The notes under the pieces: generated by a model
The model's database searches: none
What the model was told of the DNA's origin: nothing
Seen by the model: the letters and a program-made list of their open reading frames with translations, nothing else
Shown here: one piece after another, positions 1 to 13,605 of the stretch
Numbering within the stretch: position 1 is the stretch's first letter
Layout: each line of letters opens with the position of its first letter
Position numbers and translations under genes: made by a program
Assembly (NCBI RefSeq): GCF_030684315.1
Contig: NC_081379.1
Coordinates: 43,481,404 to 43,545,403 of the forward strand
Direction: 5' to 3'
Length of the DNA: 64,000 nt
Source: Stegostoma tigrinum
Taxonomy: Eukaryota

Positions 1-479
1 TTTCATTCTGCCCTGGACAGGTAGCCGGCCAAGTATGGACTGTTGGTGCCACTGCAGTTTCCTGTGGCATTGCCAGCCTGCAAAATCATCTTATGCTTGA
101 CGCCGATGGGCAAACAGCTATGTGGACAGAATCAGAGAGAGAATATTTCCTGTGGAAACTGAAGGGAAGTCAGTATGCTAAACATTATGTCCTGCATGTC
201 ACATCACTAGCTATTTCTGTCTATATTTGCTGATAGGCTCAGCCTATCAGCAACAAAAAGCAGGGAGAAAACTGCCTGTAACTTGCAAAGCAACTCCACA
301 GCCTTCTGCTTCCTTACCTGTTGATCCTTGTATCTTGGACAAGGCCTCGCTGATTGGATAGGATCCTTGGCAGGCCACATTCTGGCCCTCAGTCAACCCC
401 TTTGACCAGTCTGTTATAGACTAATGAATGAGGTCAGAGAATGCAAAGTTAGCACAAGTAGCAGAACGATGGAAGACCG

Positions 480-1656
480 AATGCAGAGAACAGGGTTAAT
501 TGTTAGCTATTCAATGGCAGAAGTTGGGAAATGGGATCTTCCGAGGCTCAGTGCTAAGACTGCTGTTGTCCACAATTTATATTAAAGATTCAGACTTTAG
601 AATCAAAAGCACAATTTGTACCGCTGGGTGTTGCAGGGTGATCGTCACTGCTGAGGACACCGAAACAAATGACAGGAAAACATTACTAAACTTGGCCAAA
701 TGACCACATCAATAGTTGAGTATTTTAGTGTTGACAATTGTATTGTATTTTTGTAGGAAGAATTAGCAAGCCATAACTTGCTTTGAAATTAGAAATGTTG
801 AGCAGCAAATGTGGCGGGGTTGGGTGAGTAAAATTTGAAGAGCTTGGTACTTCCTGATGTGACCCTGAATTGTTTAACTTCAATTTAAAATTTAGAATTC
901 AGTTTGGATTATTTTTAGTGAATGACCAGGTTAATGAGGGCTTCTAAATTCTCCCAAACTATTTCTCTGTTAATTGGAATTATATTGTGTTCCGTGCTTC
1001 CAACTTCAGTCTGCACTAATGTATCTATTTAGCATCAGTTCTGATTTGCGTTCTAGGATGGTTTTCCTCATGATTATCTGGAACAAAAATGCCCCGGTTT
1101 GATTACAGTTTAGTGGGAAAGTTAGAAGAATAGTTACAGCGTAGAATTTGGCCCTTCAGCTCTGTGCTGGCTCTTCAAAAGCCAGCCATCTAGTGGCAAT
1201 TGATGTATGAGGAGAGATCAAGTAGTTTGGGATTGTTTTTGCTGGAGTTCAGACAAATGAGGGGGAAACCTCATAGAGACATATAAAATTCTAACAGGAC
1301 TGGACAGGGTAGGTGCAGGGAGGATGTTCCTGATGGTGGGTCTGTCCAGAACCAGGGGTCGGAGTATGAGGATTCAGTGTAGACAATTTAGGACAGCGAT
1401 GGGGAGAAATATCTTCACCCGAAGAGTGTGGTGAGCCTGTGGAATTCATTACCACAGGAAGTAGTTGATGCCAGAACATTGAATGTATACAAGAGGCAAC
1501 TAGATATAGCACTTGGGACGAATGGAATCAAAGGTTATGGGGAGAAAGCAGGATTAGAGCAATGAGTTGGACGATTAGCCATGTTCGTGAAGAATGGTAG
1601 GTCAGGCTCGAAGGGCCGAATGGTCTTCTCCTGCCACTATCTTCTATGTTTCTATT
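480..1656 (+). mobile_element. Degenerate CR1 LINE fragments (RT remnant about 480-700; 3' end about 1200-1656)
   Basis: G.SVL..LL..IYI.D remnant; gctcgaagggccgaatgg 3'UTR and ctatg tail. Confidence 0.65.
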
Positions 1657-1679
1657 GTTCCTGATCACATAATAATCCA

Positions 1680-3560
1680 GTGCCCTTTTAAATGCTTTGA
1701 CTGAACCTGCCCTCCCTCCACAACCACCCCCCCACATACACTCACGTGTCCCCACACACACACCCAGATCATAAGCACTTACTGTATGAAAAATGGTTTG
1801 CCTACTATTGCCATATTGTCGTCTTGTTGTTTATGTAAATGTGTGCCTCTGATTCTTGATCCTGAGTTCAGTGGGAACTGTTTCTTCCTCAGCCTTCTCC
1901 AAGGATGAACAGTCCCATCATCTTCGGTTCGTCTACATAACTGTGGTTCCTCATCCCTAAAGCCATTCTCTTGAATATTTTCTACATCCGCTGTAATGCC
2001 TTCACAACTTTTCTACTGAGCAGTGCCCAGAACGAGACATACCACACCAATTGAAGCAGGAGTTTAACTTTCTTGCTTTTGTACTCCATGTCCCAATTAA
2101 TAATGCCTGCGATAGGTTAGCATGCTCTGTAATTTATTAACCACATTTCTCAACCCATCCTGAAACCTTCACTGATTTATGCACATGTACACCCAGATCC
2201 CTTCAGCCCCACATTCTCTTCAGTATCATATCCTTTATTTTACATTGTCTCTCTTCTGTCTATTTCCGTCCAAAATGAATCACTTCACATTTCTGCTTAA
2301 AATTTCATCTGCCGTATGTTTGCCCAACCTGTCGGTGTTTGTTCGAAATTCTGTAGTTTACATCCTCATAGTTCACAAGTCTCCCAAGTGTCGTGTCAGC
2401 TGCTAATCTTGACATTGTATCTTGTAGGCTAAGGCCTAGGCCACATATATATCAGGAAGAGTAGAGACCCAACACCAACGCTTGGGAACTGCACTATAAA
2501 CGTTCTTCAAAGCCACAAAACAACTATTAATCAGTATTCTGTTTCCTGATTTAAAAAAAAACAAAAGAGCTGTGGATGCTGCAAATCAGGAACAAAAACA
2601 GAAATTACTGGAAAAGCTCAGCAGGTCTGGCAGCATCTGTGAAGAGAAAATCAAAGTTAACATTCGGGTCCAGTAACCCTTCCTCACAACTTCAGAACAG
2701 TTCAGAGGAGGGGTCACTGGACCCAAAATGTTAACTCTGATTTTTGTTTTCTTCACAGGTGCTGCCAGACCTGCTGAGTTTTTCCAGCAACTTCTATTAT
2801 TGTTCTGCTTCCTGTTATCAGTGAATTTTGTGTCTGTGTTAATCTTGTCTCTTTATTCAAAGGGCTTTAACTTCCTGTGCAACTACATCAAACGTTCATT
2901 GGAAATCCATGTACATCACATCAACCCTCTCCATTACCTTAATAAGAACCTCAAACAAGCTAGTTAAATATAATCTGTCCTTAACAAGTCGGCGGTGGCT
3001 TTTCTTAATTAACCTGCATTTGTCAAAGTGATCCATTATTTTCTTCTGAGTTATTTTTCCTCGAAGTTTCCCCATCAGTGAGGTTAAATTAACTTATTGG
3101 GCTAATTGTTATGCCTTTTTTTTGTTCGAGGGTGGAACATTTGCAATACTCCAGTCCTCATTACCACCCCTGAGTCATATAGCATGGAAACAGATCCTTC
3201 GGTCCAACTAGACCAAGCTGATCATGTTTCCAAACTAAGGTAGTCCCACCTGGCCTGTATTTGGCCCATAGTTTTATGAAGATGAGAAAATTATGGCTAG
3301 TGCCTCCTCAATTTCCATTTTCACTTCCATCAGTATCTTTGAATGCTGCAGCATCTTCCTTCCTTGATGAAGAGAGATGCAAAATATACAGTTAATCTTC
3401 CACTGCCTCCCTGCATTAATGGTGTTTTGTGCCTTAATTGGTTCACTTCTTCTAATTATACAAATCAAAAAAACTTTTAGATTCCCTTTTCTATTAGCTG
3501 CCAGTCTTCTGTTATGCTATCCCGTTGCTTCCTTATTTCCTATTTCATTTTCTCTCTGAA
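1680..3560 (-). mobile_element. Old CR1-like LINE remnants, antisense
   Basis: Reverse-complement RT motifs (caaaatgaatcacttcacatt, tgtcgtgtcagctgcta). Confidence 0.45.
2549..2802. mobile_element. Older palindromic PLE-derived insertion with two decayed hammerhead motifs
   Basis: Inverted arms (gaaaagctcagcaggtctggcagcatctg / gctgccagacctgctgagttttt); near-TSD ttctg(t/c)ttcctg. Confidence 0.65.
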
Positions 3561-5045
3561 CTTTCTATACTTAGCTTGATTTTCAGTTATATTTTCCACA
3601 TGACGTTTGCAAGATTTCAATGTGGAGGAAGTATTACTGACTGATATAGTGAGAGATGTTTACTCCAGTCATTGGGACATAATACACCATGGATTTGTTG
3701 ATGCAAGAACAAAACGGTAACTTAGAGAGTGGTGGAGTGTCTGGAACAATTGCAGGAGTTTAAATAGGAGCTATACTTATCTTCAGCTACTGTAATGTCT
3801 GTGACTATATTGTAAGTTGGGTTACTAATTGGATGCTATTCTCCATTGGAACTCCTTTGTAATAGTGCCCTAACATTCCTCTGGCTTCAATAATACATGT
3901 GAATTTTATGCAATCAAGTGAGATTTGAAGCCAACTATCTTTTGCAAAAACATTTTTCTCCTTGAGTTAGTTGGTGAACATTCAACTCTGGGTCAGGGAA
4001 CTGTGGGTTCAAGTCCCGCAGTGAAAAAATGTGAAGAAGTGATGCACTGACAAAATAACTTCCCCTCTGGCTGAAATATTAAATTGTGACCTTTTGCTGC
4101 TTCCTGTGGTTGTTAAAGATCCCATGATAATACTTGAATGAGAACAGAGAGTCCTGAAAATCTATCCAACATTCCTGTCAGACTCTACTGGAAGATCATT
4201 CAATACTCATTCCATCAAATTGCTGTTTGTGGAGTGCAGCTAGTCAATGGCTGAAATGGTTCCATACTTTTAAACTGGCTTGTTGCATTATGCTTTAAGA
4301 TATTTCCTAATGCTGATGTATAGGCAGGTGAAAATATACAAGTGATGAGCTACTTACAGATTATATGATGGCATTTTCACTACTGTTTAATTGCCTCTAG
4401 TCACTTCTTTGTAAAATAAAATATGCTGTGCAGTTTTGTGTGAATGACTCTGACTGGAGTTAGTACTGAGAGGAATTTGAAGCAGCAGATTGTGACAGAG
4501 GGGGTTTAGGGGTGGAATTGTAATGAGGCTGAAGGTATTAGGTGCAAACATTCGCAGATGAGATGAAAGAAGAATGTTTTTAAAAGCTTCTAGGGAAAAG
4601 CCATTATATTAAACATAAACAGTCGTATCGTTTGCTGGATTTCTGCTTCATCATATTCTTCAAATCAGTCTCTCTCCAGAAAGAAAAACACGTGTCTTTT
4701 GATTGAATACTTGTGTTGCTGTTGTATTTCTTACGTTTAGCCACGTAATAATTGTTAGCAGGGACTCTACAATCCTATCTGCAACACTTACTTTAATAGT
4801 TGCAGCAAAAAATTCTACTTATGAAATATTTATGCCTGCGCCATGCAGACTCTCAGCGACTCTTGATTCCTCTTTGCCACTCTTGTGCAGTGCAATTCTA
4901 AAACTTTCAGGCCAACGCTACTACTGGTCGAGCGATTTGTAAGGTCACCAAGTATCCTCAAAAGTGTTGTGGTCATGTGCTATATGTCTAGCGCTACGGA
5001 GCGTAGACCAGAACTCTAGAATGGGTGATTCAAGACCATGCGAAA

Positions 5046-5372
5046 GATGGCATGATGGCCCAGTGGTTAGCACAGCTGCCTCACAGCACCAGAGACCTGG
5101 ATTCGATTCCACCCTTGGGCAACTGTCTGTGTGGAGTTCGCACGTTCTCCCCATGTCTGTGTGAGTTTCTGCTGGGCGCTCCGGTTTCTTCCCACAGTCT
5201 AAGGATTGGCCATGCTCAATTGTGCATAGTGTCCGGGGATGTGCAGCCGAGGTGGGTTAGCTGTGGGAAATGGCAAGGTTACAGGGGCCTGGTGGGATGC
5301 TGTTTGGAGGGTCATTGAGGGCTTGCTGGGCAGAATGGCCTGCCTCCACACTACAGGGATTCAATTATTCTA
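5046..5372 (+). mobile_element. HE1/V-SINE-type tRNA-derived SINE
   Basis: A box tggcccagtgg, B box gattcgattcc, V-domain gtggagtt.gcac.ttctcccc, CR1-like tail. Confidence 0.85.
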
Positions 5373-5597
5373 TGAATTGAAGGCTCCAGTACTTGGCATC
5401 TGCAAATAAACTTTGAGTTGTAGGTTCTAGCTTATAATAGAAATAATCTTCTCAATGATTGAACTCCACAATGTGATTGCTGTTAAGGTAATTGTTTTAG
5501 TACAGTATTTAACTACCGAAGAATCATTGTTTAAGTAAATATCAATGCCATGATAACACTTGTCTCATGAGTTGCCTTCTATTTTGTTCTGTTTTAG

Positions 5598-5789
5598 GGA
5601 TTTTTCGACTGCTTTTTTTAACAGTGTACCCATCACGGGATCACTTCCAGGCTCAGTGCTGTCGTCACACATCAACCAGCCACAGCCCTCCTCAGATTCT
5701 AATGCTGCCAAGTCTGTCTCCAGCAAGCTAACTCAGGACCCTGTACCAGCCGCTGCAAAATCAGCTGAGGAGACCCCCAACAAAGATGG
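5598..5789 (+). CDS. HIRA: HIRA internal coding exon (DFSTAFFNSVPITGSLPGSVLSSH...PNKDG)
   Basis: ttttag acceptor at 5596-5597, gtaagg donor at 5790; phase 2/2; DFSTAFFNS matches the HIRA segment just after the B-domain. Confidence 0.95.
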
Positions 5790-7411
5790 GTAAGGCACAC
5801 AATACTGACTACAACTGGATTGTATCAGTGGTATACAAGCTCTGTTTATGCACTGAGTAGAGCTAGTGAACTGGAGCTTTAGAGATGGAGGGCGTCATGT
5901 TAGCCCAAACCGATTACAGCTCAAGAAAAAGCAAATGAAGTTCCATGTGTAGCAAATTTGTGCATAGAATGTACGGTAAGAAGTATCAAGAACCAAAACA
6001 CGACTCTTCCTGTTGCCCCCTCCCCCACTTGGAAGGGCAGAATGTGATCTACAACAGGTGCCATCAGGCTATGGTGGTTATATTAGAACAACATTGCCAT
6101 CTAATGGCAAACAACCAGCAAATAATGACTGATCAGAGATGAAATAATTGAAGCAAACCAAAATACTGTGAATACTGAAATAGAAATAGTAAATTCTGTC
6201 AATGTTTTGGCAGCATTTGTGGAGAAAGAAACAGTTATCATTTTAGATTGAGACCTTTCAGCAGAAACGTTCCACTTAAAGGCAGGTGAAAGTTTATCTG
6301 GTGCCTTTATTTGGGACCTTGGTTTGAAATCGGCCCATTTGAATGGATTGGAAGACTTGCCCATTGACTTTAAAAGTTCACATCATAAACGAATCACAGC
6401 GCAAGACCAACCTTGAATTTGTTTCCAATATTATGATGTTGCCCTTTATTAGATGTCCAGTGGGATCTGATCACATCACATTGGAGCAGTAAGGGAGGCA
6501 GCTTTTCTGGTGTAGGAACAGTTTAAAAAGATCTTTACTCTTTAGCATTTATGAGCTGGGAATGTTTAGTCCTGTCATTGGTAATTGTTTAGTAATAATA
6601 CTGAAAACAAAAGAAACAATAAATGGAAATGAAAGCAGCTGTGATTTTCAAGCCCTGACATAGAGGGGTTTACCAAGTTTGTTTCACTTCTGATGAAGAG
6701 ACACCAGGCACAAAGCATGAGATGGTTTTCCTCCCACAGATGCTGCCCGACCTGCTGAGTTTCTCCGGTGTTTTCTGTTTTTGTTTCACTATGTTGCTGC
6801 TTAAAATCTTCTGCTCAAAAACTGCACTGTTCCAAACAAAATACCAAACAAGTTATGATGTCTTCTTCCTGAGGCTTTAACCTTATTCTGGTCCAGATCT
6901 TTTTTGGTAAAACTTTACTTCAGTACTTTTTCTCAGTGTTAAGTAACAAAATATTCTTGTCAGAATGCACTGGAATTGTAACAGCTTCAGTGCACAGTCA
7001 TGTGTCTTGCCTGGTCTTGAATTCTTTACAGATTTTGGCTCTCAGTAGTTCCCATTTATGCAATACTGGAATAACAAAAGATTGATCCAAAATGGTTTAC
7101 TAAGAATGAATAAATTAAGCAGTTGTGCGTATCTGTTAGCTGCACTAAATATTCTGACGCTCCCTAGAATGTTTTTCAATTTATCCGACTGATTTTTGTG
7201 GTCATTGCAGACCACGAGATTCAATGCAATATCTCTGTGCTGTCTGTGAAATTATTTTTTGTTCCCCTCCCCCACTCAAAAGGACAGTAATCCAAACAGG
7301 TGCCATTAGGCTGTGATGGCTATAATAGAGCAATATTGCCATCTAATGGCAAATGATCAACACTACAACAATAAAGTGCAACTGATCAGAGGAGAGATGA
7401 TTATGCAAAGC

Positions 7412-8781
7412 AACCCAGCAATTACAGACCAGTAAGTCTCACGTCTGTCATCTGCAAGGTGTTAGAAAGGATTCTGAGGGATAGGATTTATGACCATCTG
7501 GAAGAGCATGGCTTGATCAAATGCAGTCAACACGGCTTTGTGAGGGGCAGGTCATGCCTCACAAACCTTATCGAGTTCTTTGAGGATGTGACTAGAAAAG
7601 TTGATGAGGGTCGAGCTGTGGATGTGTATATGGACTTCAGTAAGGCATTTGATAAAGTTCCCCGTGGTAGGCTCATTCAGAAGGTCAGGAGGAATGGGAT
7701 ACAGGGGAACTTAGCTGTCTGGATACAGAATTGGCTGGCCAACAGAAGACAGCGAGTGGTAGTAGAAGGAAAATATTCTGCTTGGAAGTCAGTGGTGAGT
7801 GGGGTTCCACAGGGCTCTGTCCTTGGGCCTCTACTGTTTGTAATTTTTATAAATGACTTGGATGAGGGAATTGAAGGATGGGTCAGCAAGTTTGCAGACA
7901 ACACAAAGGTTGGAGGTGTCGTTAACAGTGTAGAGGGCTGTTGTAGGCTGCAGCGGGACATTGACAGGATGCAGAGATGGGCTGAGAGGTGGCAGATGGA
8001 GTTCAACCTGGATAAATGCGAGGTGATGCATTTTGGAAGGTCGAATTTGAAAGCTGAGTACAGGATTAAGGATAGGATTCTTGGCAGCGTGGAGGAACAG
8101 AGGGATCTTGGTGTGCAGATACATAGATCCCTTAAAATGGCCACCCAAGTGGACAGGGTTGTTAAGAAAGCATATGGTGTTTTGGCTTTCATTAACAGGG
8201 GGATTGAGTTTAAGAGTCGTGAGATCTTGTTGCAGCTCTATAAAACTTTGGTTAGACCGCACTTGGAATACTGCGTCCAGTTCTGGGCGCCCTATTATAG
8301 GAAAGATGTGGATGCTTTGGAGAGGGTTCAGAGGAGGTTTACCAGGATGCTGCCTGGACTGGAGGGCTTATCTTATGAAGAGAGGTTGACTGAGCTCGGT
8401 CTCTTTTCATTGGAGAAAAGGAGGAGGAGAGGGGACCTAATTGAGGTATACAAGATAATGAGAGGCATAGATAGAGTCGATAGCCAGAGACTATTTCCCA
8501 GGGCAGAAATGGCTAGCACGAGGGGTCATAGTTTTAAGCTGGTTGGTGGAAAGTATAGAGGGGATGTCAGAGGCAGGTTCTTTACGCAGAGAGTTGTGAG
8601 AGCATGGAATGCGTTGCCAGCAGCAGTTGTGGAAGCAAGGTCATTGGGGTCATTTAAGAGACTGCTGGACATGCATATGGTCACAGAAATTTGAGGGTGC
8701 ATCCATGAGGATCAATGGTCGGCACAACATTGTGGGCTGAAGGGCCTGTTCTGTGCTGTACTGTTCTATGTTCTATGTTCT
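7412..8781 (+). mobile_element. 5'-truncated young CR1 LINE with open RT C-terminal ORF (7459-8694)
   Basis: QHGF, DFSKAFD, SGVPQGSVLGP, FADNTK, LVRPHLEYC motifs; (TTCTATG)n tail. Confidence 0.95.
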
Positions 8782-9156
8782 ATTGGAGAAAAGGAGGAGG
8801 AGAGGGGACCTAATTGAGGTATACAAGATAATGAGAGGCATAGATAGAGTTGATAGCCAGAGACTATTTCCCAGGGCAGAAAAGGCTAACACAAGGGGTC
8901 ATAGTTTTAAGCTGGTTGGTGGAAAGTATAGAGGGGATGTCAGAGGCGGGTTCTTTACACAGAGAGTTGTGAGAGCATGGAATGCGTTGCCAGCAGTAGT
9001 TGTGGAAGCAAGGTCATTGGGGTCATTTAAGAGACTGCTGGACATGCATATGGGTCACAGAAATTTGAGGGTGCATACATGAGGATCAATGGTCGGCACA
9101 ACATTGTGGGCTGAAGGGCCTGTTCTGTGCCGTACTGTTCTATGTTCTATGTTCTA
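8782..9156 (+). mobile_element. Second tandem copy of the CR1 3' end
   Basis: Repeats 8409-8781 with about 10 differences; has its own (TTCTATG)n tail. Confidence 0.9.
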
Positions 9157-10240
9157 ACACACTCTGCTGAAATAGCAGTAGCAAATACTAGAAAAGTTCA
9201 GGCAGGTTTGGCAGCATCTATGGAGAGAGAAACATTTAACGTTTCAGGTCGAGAGCTTGCAGCAGAAACATTCCGCTCAAAGGGAGGTAAAAGCATATCT
9301 GTTGCCATTGTCTGGCACCTGAGTTTGAAAACAGTCCAGATTGAAGAAATGGAAAAAATCAAAGATGTAGACCTGACAGAGTGCTGCAATGCTTGGAATA
9401 TCACCTTTCAAATGAAGTGTTGAACCAAGACCCGAATCTACCTGAAAAAGGACCACACAGAGTCAAAAAACTACGTAGTTTCTCTCCACAGATGCTGTCG
9501 TACTTCCTGATTTTCTCCAGCAATTTCTGATTTTGTGTGTTTTCCCCGTATGTCTGCAATGGTGCATTTAAAAGATCCCATAGTATTATTTGAAAGAGCA
9601 GGGAAATCCTGCAAAACATTACACAAGTAGGTAATCAGATCCTTGTGACCTTAATATTTATGGTCTTATTGTGTCTGCAATGACCACAAAAATCAGTTGG
9701 ATAAATTGGAAAGCATTCTAGAAAGTGTCAGAATATTTAGTGTAGCCAGCAGACACGGTCATAACATGGGAGTTTACGGCACAAAAACTGTCGGCTGCAT
9801 TTTTCTTATCTCAGAACAATGTCTACAATTCAAGAAGCACTTCATTGACTAAAATGATTTAAGATAGCCAGTGCATGTGAAAAGAGCTATATAAATACAA
9901 GTCTCTTTTACAGAGTCCATTCAAATTATGGAAGTTTACTGTAGTGCTTTGTGATTTGTTTCTCAATACCAACCTTAATCTGACCCAGATCTTTGGTGAA
10001 ACATTATTTTAGAGGTTTAGTAAAAACAGAAAGTGTTGGAGAAATTCACAGAATTTACATCGCTAATCCATTTCAGTGTCTAGTTAAGGGGAACTCCTTA
10101 ATATCTATCCTGCTGAACTCCAGTAGAAATGTCCTGAACTGAGATAATTGGCATCCAGCAATCAATATCATCTTCCTTTTTGTCAGCTACGACTCCAACC
10201 AGCAAGGAATTTTCTCCTTGATTCCCATTGACTTGGGGTT

Positions 10241-10585
10241 TGCGGCACAGTGGCTCAGTGGTTAGCCCTGCAGCCTCACAGTGCCAGGGACCCAGGTTTG
10301 ATTCCTCACTGGGGCAACTGTCAGTGTGGAGTTTGCATATTCTCCCTGTGTCTGCGTGGGTTTCCTCCGGGTGCTCTGGTTTCCTCTCACAGTCTAAAGG
10401 TGTTCAGATTAGATGGATTGGCCATGCTAAATGGGTGTGTAAATTAGGTGGATTAGACATGGGAATGGCTGAGTTACAGGGAAAACGTAGGGTAATGGGT
10501 CTGGATGGGATGCTTTTCGGAGGGGCAGAGTGGACTTGTTGGACCGAATGGCCTGTTTCCACACTGTAGGAATTCTTTGTCTATG
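10241..10585 (+). mobile_element. HE1/V-SINE-type SINE
   Basis: tggctcagtggttagc A box, ggtttgattcc B box, V-domain. Confidence 0.85.
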
Positions 10586-12116
10586 TCTGTGACTTCTTGA
10601 TGCCACTTGGTCAAATGCGGCCTTGATATCAAAGTCAATTATTCTGACCTTGCCTTGGAATTCAACTCTTTTGTCCTTGTTTGAACCAAAGCTGTAATGA
10701 TGTTAGGAGCCTTTGCAGGGGGGCCCAAGCTGACTGTCAGTGAGCAGCTAGCTGGACCGTAGAAAGTAATTCTGATTTGTTTTTCTCCCTGTGGATACTA
10801 CTGGATCTGCTGAGTTTCTCCAGCATGTTGTTTTTATTTCAGACTTCCAGTAACTGTAGTACTTTGCTACTACTTTAGTATTTTATTTTCTTAGTTGAGG
10901 AATAAGATGCATTGTTTTTAATCAGTGGCAGCACCGCTGAGTTCCTATGTTTCATGTCATTGACTTTTTAAATATATTTGGCATCTTCGAAAGATAAGAA
11001 CGTGCACTGGTAGGAAGGGATACAGTGAACGATCAAAGTAAGCAGTCAGCCATTATTGTAGGCTGCACGTTTTAAAAATCATTGATGTGATGCCAGTATT
11101 TATTGCGCATTCCAAATTTCCCAGAGAGCAATTCAGAGCCAACCACGTTGCTGTTGGTTGGGAGTCACATCGGACTGTACTGGACCAGATTGTTTTAATG
11201 ACGAATGACTACGAGATCACCATTCCACCTGTTTTTTTTAATCCCAGATTTTTATTGAGTTCAAATTTTACCAGCTATCATGGTGGGATTTGGACTTTTC
11301 TTGAAGAAAAGATTATTAATTCACAGGATGTGGGCCTCAGTGGCTGGACCAGCATTTATTGCCCATCCCTGATTGTCCTTAAGAACGTGTTGATGAGCCC
11401 AGGGTTCAGGATTACATGTTCAGTAACATTATCACTACCCACCACATCCCGGATGTCTAACATTACGCATTCTATTCGGCATCGATAAAACAGTATTGAT
11501 CCAAGGAGCTTTTTGATGACCGGGTCTCACTCTGCTCTGTGACGTTCTTTTGTATAGTAAACTATAACTATGTCCATTCTGTGCGTATACTGTTTATCAG
11601 TATTTTCATACTATAATCGGCTGCACTTGCTTGACATGCAAGATTTAACCCAACAATTCCTGAATGCTTTTGTAACTGAAAACAAAGCCTTCATTTCGGT
11701 ACCAAATACACATTTTGAACACACTTAATTGTCTAAATCTGAGTTACACCAGGTGGCAGTCTAATCCATTGTTTATATTTAAGTTCAGCTAATTTCTCTC
11801 TTTTCTTATACCTTTATGCTTTTCAAAACTTACGCAGGTTATTTTGTTGCTTTCATATTATTTCCATGTAGTTATTTAAATTGCATAGTTGGATCATGCT
11901 TTTGTTTAATACATTTCAGCCATGGCTTAACTGGCAATACAAAAGGCAAGATATTTTGTGATGTCTGAAGGAAAACGTCTGATTGTAATAGTTAATTGTA
12001 ATTGACATTAAATTAGAGCACAAATTCCCTCTGAAATTGGGTCATCATAATCTTTGCTAGAAACCCTTTAACTATCTCCTCATCAAGGATGTTGAGAGCC
12101 AAAGGCGATAGCTAAA

Positions 12117-12431
12117 ATCATTGAATCCCTTCCGTACCGACCCTCCAAAAAGCATTCCTCCCAGGCCCAACCCTCTACCCCTATCCCTGTAGCCCTGCAT
12201 TTCCCATGGCAAAGCAACATAGTCTGCATAGTCTGGTCACTATTGGGCAAGTTAGCTTGGCCAATCCACCCAACCTGCACATCTTTGGAGAGTGGGAGCA
12301 GCCAGAGGAAGCCCACGCAGACATGGGGAGACCGTGCAAAGTGCACACTGACAGTTGCCCGGGGTAGAATCGAACTCGGATCCGTGGCACTGTGAAACAG
12401 CAGTGATAACCATTGAGCCACTGTGTTGCCC
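12117..12431 (-). mobile_element. HE1/V-SINE-type SINE
   Basis: Reverse complement of the same head and V-domain. Confidence 0.85.
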
Positions 12432-13274
12432 AAATTAATTGAAAATATTTTCAAAAAAAATTAAATACATCTCCAAAGAACCCTTCTCAAACTTTGCCTG
12501 TCCCAATATGTTTTACCTCCAGTTATGTACTTTTGACATGGAATTGCTGTTTTTATTATGTCACAAATATTGCAACAGACTGGACTTGGAAAGATCCCAC
12601 TTACAGCGTTGAAGTGTGTTATCATTGCTAAAAGCAAGTGATCATTAAGGGATTATAAAGAACTGCTATGCTTTTGTATTTGTTGGCATAATGGTATGGA
12701 CTTCCACCTGAGAGGGAAGAAGGTGTAGCACCTCGCATGACCCTTCTGACATTGCAACACTTCCTGTATACTGCCCTGAAGTGATAGCTTGGATTACGTA
12801 CCCAAGTCTGTCAAGCTTCTGATTTGTTTTAGAGAGCTACCATGGATGCTAAGCATGTTCTGTGCCTCATTGTGTATTGGAAGGCCGTAGGATCTTGCAA
12901 TGTTGCAGCTGGAGAATGGCAGCAATAATATATGTTTTCTAATGTCTGAGGAGCCACTGGAACACCATGTTTCATCATTGTAGGTTAGTCATAGTGGGAT
13001 ATGAGATAAATGATAAATTTAAAATACTGTTTCGAATTAAGTAGTAACAAAAGTTTGAAGTGCAGGAGAATACATTTAAGCTGAATGTCAGAAGTGCTTT
13101 GTACAAGTAGAATTTAATATAACTTTAACTTGATGCATCTATATTCATAGTGCCTTTCCTATAGTAACCTATCCTAAGGTGATATTAAAGAAGTTGCTGG
13201 TAATGGAGACAAGCCCAAATTTGTACAGAAGTTTGTCTGCAGTGTCTTTATAGATTGGTGAGTGAGGATGAGCC

Positions 13275-13605
13275 AATTTTTTAAATTTCAAAATATACTT
13301 TATTAACCAAAAATATTTTCATAAATACTCATAATCAGAAATGCAGTTCAGTTTTGTTCAGTAGCATATCAAGGAAACAAACAAACATTAGAGTTTGACT
13401 CAAACCAAGCAAACCAAAGACCTCTCTTACATGTAGAATGCTGTGTTTACATGCAATTGAGGCATGGGGAGTGTCCGATAACTGAGTAGACCTCCCATTT
13501 AGCAGGAAGATCTCAGACAGTGGCCTTTCCCCACTGTGTCCTGGTCGCAGCTGCCCTGAGCTTTAGTGTATCCCTCAGCGCATAGTCCTAGACTGTGAAA
13601 TTTGC
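13275..13605 (-). mobile_element. Tx1/L1-like LINE 3' end remnant
   Basis: - strand reads V*DYALRDTLKLRAAATRTQWGKATV, followed by a 3'UTR with an A-rich end. Confidence 0.5.

Noticed and set aside
5046-5120. tRNA gene calls at SINE heads (also 10241, 12431, 17942, 42567)
   Set aside because: A/B boxes belong to SINEs; no complete cloverleaf
7677-8389. Overlapping 100-170 aa ORFs
   Set aside because: Antisense or alternative frames of the CR1 RT
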